Shown here: positions 22,217 through 34,192 of the stretch, piece by piece | Layout: each line of letters starts with the position of its first letter | How positions within the stretch are numbered: position 1 is the first letter of the stretch | Assembly (NCBI RefSeq): GCF_000372725.1 | Contig: NW_005201392.1 | Span: 128,521 to 192,520, forward strand | Source of the DNA: Emiliania huxleyi CCMP1516 | Taxonomy: Eukaryota | Direction: 5' to 3' | DNA: 64,000 nucleotides | Translations under genes and position numbers: made by a program | The notes under the pieces: model-generated | What the model saw: only the letters and a program-made list of their open reading frames with translations | Databases searched by the model: none | What the model was told of the DNA's origin: nothing

Positions 22217-25200
22217 TCACTCGAAGCAGAGCGCCAGGTCGGACATGCGGAGCTGGCGCGACGCCTCCTCGTCGGCGCCGGCGGCGTCGTCGAGCAGCCG
22301 CTCCGCGTTGCGCCGCTTGCGCCCCTGCAGCTCGAGCATCTTCTCCTCGACGGTGCCCTGCACGACCAGCCGCACCACCGACACCTCCTCCGGCTGCCCG
22401 ATGCGGTGGACCCGGTTGATGGCCTGCTCCTCGACGGCAGGGTTCCACCTGCGCGAAGCGGTGAGGCGAAGGGGGGGGGGGGGTGCGTGTGTGTGTGTGC
22501 TCACACTCACTCACTCACTCACAGCGACTGGGTGAGGGGGCGAGGGAGCGTGGCGGCGAGGCAGCGTGGCGGCGAGCGCGACGGGTGGCGAGGGAGGCGG
22601 AGGCGCGCGTGACGGGTGGCGGGGGAGGCGGGGGCGAGGGAGGTGGTGAGGTGGGGTGAGGGTGTGTGTGTGTTGTGTGGGGGGGTGCTGGTGAGTGAGG
22701 AGGCGGGGAGGGGTCTTGGCCCCACCACGGGTCGAGGAGGAAGACGCGCCGCGCCGCGGTCAGGTTGAGGCCGACGTTGCCGGCGCGGAGCGAGAGCAGC
22801 ATCACCCGCACGCGCCGGTCCTCCCGGAAGGCGGCGAGCGCCTCTCGCCGCTGGTCCAGGCTCATCGCGCCGACGAGCCGGACCGTGCGCACGCCTAGTC
22901 TCGACACGCACCTCCCGTCTTCCACCTCGGGGACACCTCTCCCCCGCCGCCGCCACCGCGCACGCGCCGAGCTCGCGCTGCACCGCGCGCTCCGCCTATG
23001 GCCCACGGGGAGGAGGGGTGAGACGGCGAGGAGGCGGAGAGGTCGGCAGGGCAAGAGGGCGGGAAGGGGGGGGGGGGGGGACACGCTCGGCAAGTCTCGG
23101 CTAGTCTCGGCTAGTCTCGGGTAGTCTCGGCAAGTCTCGGCAAGTCTCGGCAAGCCTCGGCAAGTCTCGGCAAGTCTCGGCAAGTCTCGGCAAGTCTCGG
23201 CAAGCCTCGGCAAGTCTCCGCCAGGTCAAGCATCCCAACCCACTGCGAGAAGACAACCGCCTTGAGCGGCCGCCGGACATCCCCGCCCCCAGCACCTCCT
23301 CCGCCGCCCCCATCGCCTCCGCCGCCGCCGCCGCCGCCGCCGCACTGATCGGCGAGCGCCTCCTCGCGGAAGTCTGCTCGCAGCTCGGAGAGCAGCGCCT
23401 ACCGAGGTGCAGCCCGAAATCGAGCCGGAGGTCGAGCCGGAGATCGAGCCCGAGATCGGGCCGTAGATCGGGCCGAGGGGCACACGCGTGCGGCGGCGCG
23501 GGCGGCGCCTCAATCTTGGCCGAGGAGCGCCACTCTTCCGTGTCGAGGTCGACGCTGAAGCGCGAGGCGCGCTTGAGCGTGAGCAGCTCCGAGCGGTGAA
23601 TGAGCTGCCGGCAGAGAGGGCACGAGGCGCGGCGCCCCTCGCCAAAGCAGTTCAGGATGCACTCGCGGCAAAACGTGTGCGCGCACTGCGTCGCGACCTA
23701 GTCGCGCCGCCAGCCAGGCTGAGCTCGGCGGGATTCTCGCGGCGGACGGCGGGGCGCGGCGGCCGCTGCGTGCGGACCGGGTCGTCGAGCGGCTCGAGAC
23801 AGACCGGGCACTCGCTTGCCTCCCCCTCCGCGTCGCCCGCGCCCCCGCCGCCCTCGGCGTCGCCCGCCGCCGCGTGCCGCTCCGCGCGCTCGGCGCGCGC
23901 GAGCAGCGCCGCCGCGTGCGCCGACTCGCCAACCTTCTTGGCGACGGCGGCGCGAGAGGCGCCGAGCCCGCCTCGCGACTGCGCCAAGAAGGGGTGGTCG
24001 CACGCCTGCCCGCACGCGGGGGGGGGGGGGGGGGGGGGTTTGAAGGGGGGGGGGGGTCCCCCCCCCCCCCCCCAAAAAATCCCCGGGGGGTCCCCCCCTT
24101 CCCCAACCCCAAAAAAATGTTCAGGACCCAACGGTATTTTTGGAAAAGTTTCCCCTCGGCGACGTAGGCGTCAAACTGCGTCTTGGAGCGCGTGTGCAGC
24201 GCGCGGTAGTAGTCCGCCTCCGCGGCGGAGAACGGGACGCGCACTAGCCGCACCCGCCGCGCCGGCAGCGAGATGATAAGCTCGCCTGCTCACGTCGGGG
24301 GCTGTGAACAGCGTCTCCTCACAGCGTCTCCTCACAGCCCGAGTTGTGAAGAGGCAGCGAGAGGATGCGCTCGCCGTCCGCGTCGGTCGTCTCCTTCGTG
24401 CGGCGCAGCATGAGCGGGCGCAGCGTGCGCTGCAGCAGGGCGAGCCGGCCGGGCCGCGCCATGGCGGCCAACCAGCTCTGCGCAGAGTCTGCGACGCCGG
24501 GCAGCCGCAGAAAGTGGAGCAGCGAGAAGAGCTCGCCGACGGCGTTCTGGACCGGCGTGCCCGTGACAGCCCACCGCCTCTCCGCCTCGAGCGCGAAGAC
24601 GGCGCGCGCCGTCAGGCTAGCGTGCGACTTGACAGCGTGCGCTTCGTCCAAGATCACGCGCCTAGAAGCGGAATACGCCAACCTGAGGGCACGGATACGG
24701 TATTGTGCAGCGTACTCAGAGCACCGCGTGAAGACAGCGGAGAAGCATACAGTGAATGCAGCGGAATACGTGTCCTCTCGAGCGCTAGTTGGAGCACAAG
24801 AATGCGTATTCAGCTGCTAGGATCACGCGCCGCCACGTCGTGCGGTAGAGCGGCGGCGCTATCGGCGGCCCGCCCGTCCTGCGCTGTGCCGCGGCGCCGC
24901 CCCCGGCCCCTCCCCCGGCCGCGGCGGCGCCCCCGGCGCCGCCCCAGCTGCCGGCAGAGCTCCACTCGGAGGCGAGGGTGCCGTAGGAGGTGAGGACGAC
25001 GAGCCGCGAGTCGAGCCGCGGCGGAAGCTCGTCGCGCCTCCCCCCGTGGTACAAGACAAGCTGCAGCCCGCCGCACCCGCCGCGAGAGGTCTCCGTGCAG
25101 CCGGCGCGGAGGTGCAGCTCGTCGGCCCACTGGCCCACGAGCGAGGTCGGGCAGACGATGAGCGTGGCGCCTCCGACGCTCTCCTCTCCAGCGGGCCGCA

Positions 25201-28200
25201 GCACGCCGCACGACGCAACGAGGGATGCCGCGGGCGACGGCTCTCCCCTAAGGTGGCCAGCAGCAGCCGCCGCGCTCTCGCGCCGAGCGGCGTTGGGGTC
25301 GCGCTGCTCGCCGCCGCGCCTCTGGCGCACGTCGCGCCCCGCCGCTGCCGAGCGCGCCTCGCCGCCGCTCGGCCGCCGCCGCTTCGCCTCCCGCCCCTCG
25401 CCGCCCCGCGGGCGCGCGCCTCCCCGCATCAGGGCGCTGAACGCGTCGGCAGGAGGCGGCGCGGGAGACGGCGGCGCGGGCGGCGGCGGCGCGGGCGGCG
25501 GCGCGGGCGGCGGCGCGGGCGGCGGCGCGGGCGGCGGCGCAGCCTCCGCGACGCTCTCTGCCTCTGGCACTCCACGCGTCCGCCCGCCCCCGCCTGCCCC
25601 GCCCTCCCCCTCCGACCTACCCTCCTCCTCCCCCGCAGCCGCCGCCTCCGCCATCTCCACCGTCTCCACTGCCGGAGCCACGGCCGCCTCCCCCGCCTCC
25701 GCCTCGGGCGGCGGCGGCGCGTCTGGCAGCACCTGGCAGGGGTGGGAAGCGAGGGGTGGAGGGGCGGAGGGCCGGAGGGGAGGAGTGGCGCCGCATGGGC
25801 GGGCGGGCCGTGAAGGAAGGGGGCGGGCGGACGGCGAGGGCAGCACCTGCGGAGCTCGCGACGCCCGGTGGAGCAGCCAGCGGTCGTGCAGGATCAGCGC
25901 GATCAGCTGGACTGTCTTGCCGAGCCCCATCGCGTCCGCGAGGATGCCGCCTCTTGCGGCCGTCGCGCCGCTCGGCGGCGAGAGCGAGCCGACGCCGGTG
26001 CGCGGCTATGAGGGAGAGAAGCGGTGAGGGAGGGAGGCAGCGGTGAGGGAGGGAGGCAGCGGTGAGGGAGGCAGCGGTGAGGGAGGGAGGCAGCGGTGAA
26101 AGAGGGAGGCAGCGGTGAGGGAGGGAGGCAGCGGTGAGGGAGGGAGGCAGCGGTGAGGGAGGCGGCAGTGAGAGAGGGAGGCGGCAGTGAGAGAGGGAGG
26201 CAGCGGTGAAAGAGGGAGGCAGCGGTGAAAGAGGGAGGCAGCGGTGAAAGAGGGAGGCAGCGGTGAGGGAGGGAGGCAGCGGTGAGGGAGGGAGGCAGCG
26301 GTGAGGGAGGGAGGCCTCGATGTAGAAGGGCGTGCCGTCCGGGAAGCTGTACTTTAGCCAGCCCGCCTCGCCCGCGTGCGCCAACGCCTCGCGCCTCGCC
26401 ATCCACCACAAGCCTTGCCTCTGGTACGGGTGCAGCGCCACGCGCAGCGTCGGCGGCGGTTCGAGCTCCTCGAGCTCCGCGCTGCTCGCGCTGAGTCCGT
26501 TGTAGATGTCGCCGAGCTCCTCCGCACTCAGCTCCTCTGACGCCAGCCTTGCCGGCGCAGCCACGCCCTCGGCCGCCCCGCTCCTCCCGCCGCCTTCGCC
26601 ACTCCCGCCGCCCCCGCCCCCGCCGCCCCCTCCGCTTGCGCCGCCGCCCCCTCCACTTGCGCCGCCCAAGCTGGCGTCGCCGCCGCTGCTGCTGCCGCCG
26701 CCGCCGCCGCCGCTGCTGCTGCTTGCGGGCGCACCGGCGGCGGCGGCTTTGCTGGCGAGGAGGAAGCCGGCGCGGAGCGGCCCGAGGCGCGCAATCGCCC
26801 GCCGCCGCTCCTCCGCCTCGCGCTCCCCCGCCTCCGCCCGCTGCTTCGCGCGCCGCCGCTCCTCCGCCTCGGCGCGCTTGGCGGCCATCCGCGCGCGCTG
26901 CTCCTCGCTCAGCGAAGGCGTCGGCGCCGCCGCCCTGCCGGACCCCGCCGCCGCCTTGCCGGACGGCGCCCCCGAAGACGCCCCCGTAGCGCGCCGCTCG
27001 AGCGCACGCCGCCGGTTGAGCTCGGCCCTCTGCCGCTGCTCCTCGGTGAGTGCAGCAGCGCCGCGCCCTTCCCCTCCTCCGCCACCGCCACCGCCACCGC
27101 CGCCGCCGCCGCCTTCTCCTCCGCCGCCGCCGCCTTCTCCTCCTTCGCTGCCGCCGCTCGAAGCCGAGGCGTGATCCTCGCTGTCGTGCGCGCCGCTGTC
27201 CGGCATGGGCGCGTCACTCACAGCGTGCGCCCAGCTCGCGTCCGCAGTCTCTCCCTCCGCCGCCTCCCCCGTCTGGCTCGCCTCCGCCTCCGCCTTCCCT
27301 CCCTCCGCCCCCGCAGCCTCCCCTCCCACCTCCGCCCCCGCCGCCTCTCCTGCGGCCTCCGCCCCCGCAGCCTCCCCTGCGGCCTCCTCCGCCGCCTTCG
27401 CTGCCTGCTCCGCCGCCTCTGCAGCCTCCTCCTCCGCCGCCCCCCCGGCCGCCTCCTCTGCCGCCTTCGCTGCCTGCCCCGCTGCTAGAGGCTCCGGCGG
27501 CAACTCCACCGACAAAGACGGCATCGCGGGCGGTGGCGCGCCGCTGCTCGCTGCACTCTCCTCCCCTTCGCCGCCGCTCGGCCCCTCCGCCGCCCCGTCT
27601 CGTTCCGACGCCGCCTCCCGGCCAGCCTCCGCGCCTCCCGCCGCCTCGGCCGCCTCCGCAACGGAGGAGCGCGGCGGCGGCGGCGGCGCGGCGGCGGCGG
27701 CATGCGGGTCCGACAAGAGGCGGTCCGACAAGAGTGGCTCCGACGACTGTGAGTCCGCGGACGGGGTGGCGGCGGAGGGGGCGGGGGCTGGTTCGGCGGC
27801 GTGAGCAGGGGCGGGAGCAGGGGCGAGGGGCATGAGGCCGACCGCTTGCACGAGGGGGCGGACGGCGAGGGGGGCGCCTGCAGGAAGGTTCCGAGAAGGT
27901 TCAGGGGAGAGCCGGTCGCGAGAGGGCGGGCGGAGAAGGGGGCGCCATCGGCTAAGGCCGCGCCGCCGCCCAGCCGCGCCGCCTCGTCGGCTCGCCGCAC
28001 GGCGAGCTCGCCGCCGAAGAGGCCTGCTTTGCGACTCTCGGTCAATCTCGGGTAATCTCGGGTTATCTCGGGAAGCTCTCGCGTAATCTCGCCGCCGAAG
28101 AGGCCCGCGCTGGGGGTGAACTTCACCATGTCACAAATGTCTAGGGCGTGACCTGGGCGGGAGACCGCAGGGAGCACATGTCGTCTCGAGTGCTAGCGGC

Positions 28201-28891
28201 GTCTCCTCCAGAGTCTCCTCCAGAGTGCTACTCGCTCTCCACGGACTGTGTCTGGCGCCGCAACTATCCCACGGTCGCCTCGCTCGGCCCGCAGCTGCAG
28301 CTCGAGAGGCACTGAGCCGCCTGGCACGAGAGTGCACCGGCCTACGCCGACGTGCGCGACCACGTGGAGCGCGGCGGCGCGGAGCGGCGGTAGCAGCGCG
28401 CGCCCGACCGAGAGCGGCAGCCTTCCGATCAGCGGCGCCTCGGCGAGGGGATGCATGCGGTCGGCAGGGTCGCGGCCGGGCCTCCGGAAGCGGACAGCCT
28501 CGTCCGCTCGTCGTGGTTTGGCGGGCCGGCCGCCGCCGCCGGCGGTGGCGGCGGCTGGCGGCGGCGGGAGGACGATCTCGAGCGGCTCTCCCGGGACGAG
28601 CGCCGCCACTTCTCCCTCCCGCACGAGGCTGGTGCCGACGATGGAGCACGAGCCGAGGAGGCGAGGCCAGCCGCCGTCGAAGGCGGGCGCGTCGTTGAGC
28701 GGCGGCGGCTGCGATGGCGGCAGATCCTGCGACGATGCCGGCCGCGGCAGGTCGGGTGGCGAGGAAGTCTGATCCTGCTGACTGAAGAAGGCGTCGACCG
28801 CCGCCTCGAGGGACGAGTGCTGACGCAAGAGGGACGACAGCGCAGCGTCCGACAGGCCGTCGCCGAGAATCAGCCGAAGCTGCGCCTCCAT
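22217..28891 (-). CDS. RAD5: RAD5/HLTF-type SNF2 helicase and RING E3 ligase (UBA-like, HIRAN, SNF2_N, RING, helicase C), many introns
   Basis: GWPRLLGS...VRFR...IGRLP (HIRAN); LHPYQRQGLWWM; GGILADAMGLGKT; TLIVCPTSLVGQW; RRVILDEAH; VTGTPVQN; CPVC...CAHTFCxxC...CPLC; LLSLRAGNVGLNLTAA; WNPAVEEQAINRVHRIGQ. Some 5' exon joins unresolved. Confidence 0.9.
23085..23220. repeat. Intronic (caagtctcgg)n 10-nt minisatellite
   Basis: About 13 copies in a RAD5 intron. Confidence 0.9.
26020..26315. repeat. Intronic 19-nt minisatellite (gagggaggcagcggtgagg)n
   Basis: About 15 copies in a RAD5 intron. It produces the spurious HRCLPPSPL translation. Confidence 0.9.
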
Positions 28892-28987
28892 GCACGGTGG
28901 GCGGCGATAGCAGGCGAACCGGAGTGGCGCGGAAAATACGGTGCGAGCATTTTTCTTTCTTTTTGAGCTCCTTCGTCGAGGGCCGTG

Positions 28988-29247
28988 TGTGGTGTGCCAG
29001 CCCCTAGATGTGGTGCGGCGCAGAGTGCGCCGTTAAAAAGTGCGCCGTCGCCGCAGAGTGCGCCGGCGCCGGCGCAAAAGTGCGCCGGCGCCGGCGCAGA
29101 AGTGCGCCGGCGCCGGCGCAGAAGAGAGAGAGAGATTGTTGTTTGAGAGATTTGTTGTTTGTGTCGCAGAAGTGCGCCGTTTTCTCCACCGTTCCGGCGC
29201 ACTCTGCGCCGCCGCACCACATAGCTCATAGGGGTTGGCACACCACA
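28988..29247. mobile_element. MITE-like fold-back element immediately upstream of RAD5
   Basis: Outer IR tgtggtgtgccagccccta / taggggttggcacaccaca. Inner IR atgtggtgcggcgcagagtgcgccg / cggcgcactctgcgccgccgcaccacat. Internal agtgcgccggcgccggcgca repeats. Confidence 0.7.
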
Positions 29248-29265
29248 TAGTGGTTGCCCCTTCCT

Positions 29266-29501
29266 ATAACGCACGGGCCCTCAGCGGAGCTGGGAATAGG
29301 ACCGCCGCAAGCGGCGTGGCGTGGAGCGGTTGCGCATCCCTCCGGGGGCCCCTCTGCGCCGGGGAGGCGTTGTTGGAGGCTAGGACGCAAGCGTCCGTCG
29401 CCCTTTTCAAACTCGGGGCCCACTCCGCTACGCTCCGACCCGAATTTGGAGGGCCTAAAAAGTTTAAGGTGTTGCTGCGCAAAAAGGGGTCGGACACAGG
29501 G
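29266..29501 (+). repeat. Dispersed repeat family A, copy 1 (~235 bp)
   Basis: Direct copy at 46680-46920 and inverted partial copy at 59749-59882. Confidence 0.9.
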
Positions 29502-29658
29502 GGGTGTACCGGTTCTGGCTTGTCAGGGCGCCGTGCGTGGCTGGTCAGAGCAGTCCTGCCTCCCAACGCTCGCCAGACTGCCGCAGCCAAACCCGGTCTC
29601 GCTGAAAAGAAGAAAGTTTGGCCCAACGGAACTGGCGCGCACTGGCACTAACTCTGCC

Positions 29659-30187
29659 CAGAGCGGTGGTTGAGGCCGATTGCCTCAACTGTCAACCAGC
29701 GGGTTGACAGAGGTCTCAACCATCAACCAAGTGGTTGACAGACCCCTTCAACCTTCAACCCCGCGCAAAGGTCTGAACAGTGAACATTCTCTGTGAACAC
29801 TCATGTCGTCTTCTTTAGATGCTGCATTGGACGTGCCGTTTTTACGAGTACTTGCTTCAGCTACACGTGCGTGGATGGGAGAGGTGTGATGCCAAGCCCA
29901 GACGAGGAACGCTCTGACAAGCCATCCGCGAAGGCCCCCGCACGGGAAGTCCGGGCCGACGTCATGGTCGTCCGGACGCGGCCCTCCGTACACGGAAATA
30001 GCTTACCGCAGACATTTCCAAACGCAAAACTGCTTACCAAAGGCAGATACGAGCTCAGCTCAGTGAAATCTAGCAGCACATACCCTCAGACTCAGTATCC
30101 ATAATAGTTAAGTCTGAAAAAGTCGGTCCGACCGCGCAGAGCGGTCTGGCTGTCTGCAGAGGCCAGAGCTTCCGTCCGGGCCCTGAG
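29659..30187 (+). repeat. Dispersed repeat family C, copy 1 (probable transposon end)
   Basis: Inverted copy at 59017-59570. Starts cagagcggtggttga, with clustered gttga/tcaac hairpins. Confidence 0.85.
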
Positions 30188-31339
30188 AAATGTCGGAGGC
30201 ATGTCGGCCCATGTTCGCGATTTTGATGGCGTTGCCCTCATTGCACGTGAAACAGACCGCGCCGGCCACGCACCCTTGTTCCCGGAGGCCAACTCGAACA
30301 GGTTTGAGCAAAGGCCGCCTTCCATGGACCATGCTCGAAATGCAGCAGGAACTTAGTTGACCCTGCTCGAAGGCCGCCCTGCTCTAAGGCCGCCCTCCCT
30401 GCTCTCGGCATTGCGTTGTTGACTGATAGCACTGTCTGATCCATCCAGAAAGAGCCGTCGAGCTACATGAGACCCAAGTCGTCGTGATGTACCAGAAAAC
30501 GAAACTAGCGCCAAAATTGAGATCTCAGGATCGACATTAATTTCTCGCGCCTACTTTCGCTGCTTGAGGCTCGCCAAATAGGTCCTGCGTCTACTCGAGT
30601 ATGGCCGTGTGCAACGTCACTGTCGTTAACTGCGACAAGACCATCGCGACAAGCGCGACTCTGTTGCTTTATGCGGCAGCATTCAACGTGACTCTTGCCG
30701 TGGATGGTTAGTGACCGCGGTTGCTTACGCAATGCTACACCGTGAGCTGAGCTTCACCAGCCGTTTCTCTTCCTTCCCTTGCCTTCTCTTGCCGTCCGTT
30801 CTCTGTGCGCATTCCACTGCATGCGGCATCACACACGCGTCTTCTGCCGGGCGCGCATCTGAACTCGTACCAGGTAGGGCATCGCTTTGCTGAGAGATGT
30901 GTGTATCGCGCGCCTTGCGGGGGGCGCGCGGAAAAGAGGAACCTCTTAGCGCCCTCGCCATGGTGCTGCAAGCAGCGCCGGGCGACGACGACTTACCGCC
31001 TCCCGGTCCCCCTCGGCACACCTCCGCTGCTCAATGTTTGACGACTCGAACCCGTGAAGCTTCCCCGCGCGCGGGTTACCCCGCACACGGGTCAGCCTGC
31101 CAGCCACAAATCCACGCAAGCGTGGTCCGCGCGCATGGCATACAGGCGTCCGCCAGACAGCGCAGAGGCTAGGCGACCGGGGAAGGACTGCTCAAGGGCA
31201 ACACAGCGTCACCAGCCGTTGGCGCGCAGAACGAGTCAGCGGCCCCCGGTTGGGACGAGTGCGCGATCAGGCGCCTCAAAGACAGTTTTTTAGACGCCGT
31301 TCCCCCGGGGCGTGTTGTTCCTGTTGCGAGCAAACTCAG

Positions 31340-33427
31340 ATGTCGCATCGTTGCGAGGAGCGTCGCTGGCGTGTTGAGCAACGGCGCGCCGAGTACGGAC
31401 GCGAAGAGCGGCGATGGCGGGGCGAGCCGCGACGGCGGTCGCGATCGCGCGATGAGCCGCGGCGGGATGAGCTGCGACGGCGCGACGAGCGTTGGCAAGG
31501 GCACCATGATGGGCGGCATGACGAGCGGCGCGGCTACGACGACTCTTGGTGCAGTGGGCGCGAGCAGCGATGGCACGCTGAGCCACACGCCGCCGAGCGA
31601 TGGCGCGACGAGCCATTGCAAGGCGAGCGACGGCCGCATCATGACGGGCGGCACGTTGAGCGGCGCGGCTGCAACGACCGACCAAGCATAGGCGAGCGCG
31701 AGCGCGACTTGTACGATCGGCGCGATGATCGGTTCTACGATCCCAGGCGCGACCATGACCGGCGCGACCGCCGCGGCGAGGGGCAGCCTCAGCACAGCGA
31801 CCGCCGGTTGAGTCCGCCGATGCGTGGTGCGGGATCGCGCGACGAGAGGCACACCTCTGCTGCCGGAGGTCAGCTCGATGCTAAGCAGCTCAGCGGCCGT
31901 ATCTCGCATGCCAGCGGCGCCGACGAGCTGCTCAGGCTCTTTGCTGCCCACAGCGCGAACTTGAACCACATCCACGCTGCGAACCTGTGGAACAAACTGG
32001 GCAAGCAGCGCATCGAGCGGCGGCACGAGGGGCGGCTTGAGCAGCTGGTGCAGCGCACGCTCGACCTGGTTTCTTCGTGCCGAGCACGCGAGCTGGCCAA
32101 CGTGTCTCACGGCGTTGCAAGGTGCGGCTTGCAGGCGAGGGTGGTGCGCCCGTTGTTCGTAGCGGTGGCGGAGGCGGCGGTGCGTGGCGGGCTGGCTGGC
32201 TTCACGCCTCAAGCCCTGGCCAACACGGTGTGGGCGTATGCGACGGCGGGCGTGGCTGCGGACGCGCTGTACGCGGCGGTGGCGGAGGCGGCGGTGCGCG
32301 GCGGGCTGGCTGGCTTCAACCCTCAGAACCTGGCCAACACGGTGTGGGCGTATGCGACGGCGGGCGTGGCTGCGGACGCGCTGTACGCGGCGGTGGCGGA
32401 GGCGGCGGTGCGCGGCGGGCTGGCTGGCTTCAAGCCGCAGGCCCTGGCCAACACGGTGTGGGCGTATGCGACGGCGGGCGTGGCTGCGGACGCGCTGTAC
32501 GCGGCGGTGGCGGAGGCGGCGGTGCGGAGCGGGCTGGCTGGCTTCAACCCTCAGAACCTGGCCAACACGGTGTGGGCGTATGCGACGGCGGGCGTGGCTG
32601 CGGACGCGCTGTCCTCAGATTGGAGCGCGGCGGCAATCAACAACCGCTCTTACCCCGCATGGTGGGCCACCGGGTGGGGCGTAGCAGAGATGCTGGGCGA
32701 GCCCGACGCTGGCGGCGAGTGTTCCGATCGCGGCAGCGCATGGGCGCCTTCCCACAACGGCTCGGCAGCGGAGTGGGTCAGGCTGGAGTTTGGAGATGAG
32801 CCGTTGCGCATGATTGGCTTGCAGGTGCGCGAGGTGCTGGCTGCGCCGTTCATACTCCGCGTCGAGGTTGAGAGCGAGGAGGCGCAGCGTTGGACAATAT
32901 GGAATGGGACAGATGAGACGCCGTGTCCCGGCTGGTTTGACCTCAGCTACGACAGCGGCAGTCAGGCCATTGCCGCGGTCTACATCTTCACCCAGGCCGA
33001 CGGCTTTGAGGAGATTGATGCCGTTTCGTTGGAAGTGCCCATTCCATGCTCGCCCTCGCCGCCGCCCGAGTCACCCTCAACTCCCCTGCCCGCCTTCGCC
33101 GTGCTCACCGCGCGGCCGCTGGCCGTCGTGCTTGCGCTAGTCGCCGCGTGGCTCCTCCTCTTTGCATACCTCTGCCTGCGGGTGCGGCGACGGAGCCGAT
33201 CTGTAGGGCTGCGCGCTGCAAAGGACTTGGAGGGGCCCACACTCCTCTCGCCACCAGGTCCAGCGGCCGAACGACGGGTGGGCGAGCCGGGAAGCCCGAC
33301 GGACGCCCAAACTATAGGCCCCAGCATTGACTTGGACAGCGCCCTCCGTAGTCATGGGTGCGCTCGCCTTGTGCCTCTCGAGAGAGAGAGTCTGAGAGCT
33401 TGCACACATGCAAGGCCACATTTATAG
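31340..33427 (+). CDS. Chimeric ORF: OPR-like repeat protein N-terminus (4 repeats) fused to an extracellular-type galactose-binding-like domain, PSPPP linker and TM helix
   Basis: 31355-32611 is nearly identical to 39435 onward. Abrupt in-frame switch at 32612 to ...SAWAP...EWVRLEF...EEIDAVSL. No RAP domain. Confidence 0.6.
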   Translation: MSHRCEERRWRVEQRRAEYGREERRWRGEPRRRSRSRDEPRRDELRRRDERWQGHHDGRHDERRGYDDSWCSGREQRWHAEPHAAERWRDEPLQGERRPHHDGRHVERRGCNDRPSIGERERDLYDRRDDRFYDPRRDHDRRDRRGEGQPQHSDRRLSPPMRGAGSRDERHTSAAGGQLDAKQLSGRISHASGADELLRLFAAHSANLNHIHAANLWNKLGKQRIERRHEGRLEQLVQRTLDLVSSCRARELANVSHGVARCGLQARVVRPLFVAVAEAAVRGGLAGFTPQALANTVWAYATAGVAADALYAAVAEAAVRGGLAGFNPQNLANTVWAYATAGVAADALYAAVAEAAVRGGLAGFKPQALANTVWAYATAGVAADALYAAVAEAAVRSGLAGFNPQNLANTVWAYATAGVAADALSSDWSAAAINNRSYPAWWATGWGVAEMLGEPDAGGECSDRGSAWAPSHNGSAAEWVRLEFGDEPLRMIGLQVREVLAAPFILRVEVESEEAQRWTIWNGTDETPCPGWFDLSYDSGSQAIAAVYIFTQADGFEEIDAVSLEVPIPCSPSPPPESPSTPLPAFAVLTARPLAVVLALVAAWLLLFAYLCLRVRRRSRSVGLRAAKDLEGPTLLSPPGPAAERRVGEPGSPTDAQTIGPSIDLDSALRSHGCARLVPLERESLRACTHARPHL

Positions 33428-34192
33428 GCGCTCGACCCCCCTGTCGACCCCCCTGTCGGTGCCGCATCAAGCAACGCGGACGTTGCCGTGACGATCTGGA
33501 GTGTCACCTCTACCCTAGAGGCTACGGTACGGTAAAGGGGGAGGGACCCTGAGTTGAACAGGGGTTGTGCGCCAGGCCCTCCTGCTCGGCTCCAGCGAGT
33601 AGACAAGTATTGTCGTCAACAGAGTAGAAGGATCTGACCTCGGGTCCGATGTGACCAAGCGCTGGTAGCGTGGTTTACCTCACACCCATCCACCCATGGC
33701 TCACAGTGGGGTGCCGGCAGTCGCCGAGCAGTGTAGCTCACACAAGCCGCAGCACAAGTGACTGAGGGCCAGTGAGGGCGAGCCCATCGCTGTCACAGCT
33801 GTGGCAGCCGCACAGTGGGCTGTGCCAACTGTGCAGAGCGTGTGAGCAGCACGGAGGAGCTGCTCTCCCCAGGCTCTTCAGGCGCAAAGAGCTGCATGCC
33901 ACCGAAGGCGCTGTCGAGGTTCGCCGAGCGCGGCGCAGGTTCAGGGAAGCCGCCACCGACGAGCGCGATGGACTTTTCACTCCGGACTTGCTCCTTCCGT
34001 CCCCCGTTGGTACTAGTAGGGAAGGGCAAAGTACAGGGTACAGGCCCCCGGCCCCGCGCGGCCGGAGGTGAGTGTCAGAGCGAACATATATGCAACAAAA
34101 CTCCAAAGTCAAAAACAAAATCTCACCAGCTGTCCAAAGCTCCGGAGGGGGAGGCGACCCCGACGCGGGATGCGGACTTACACTGATATATA

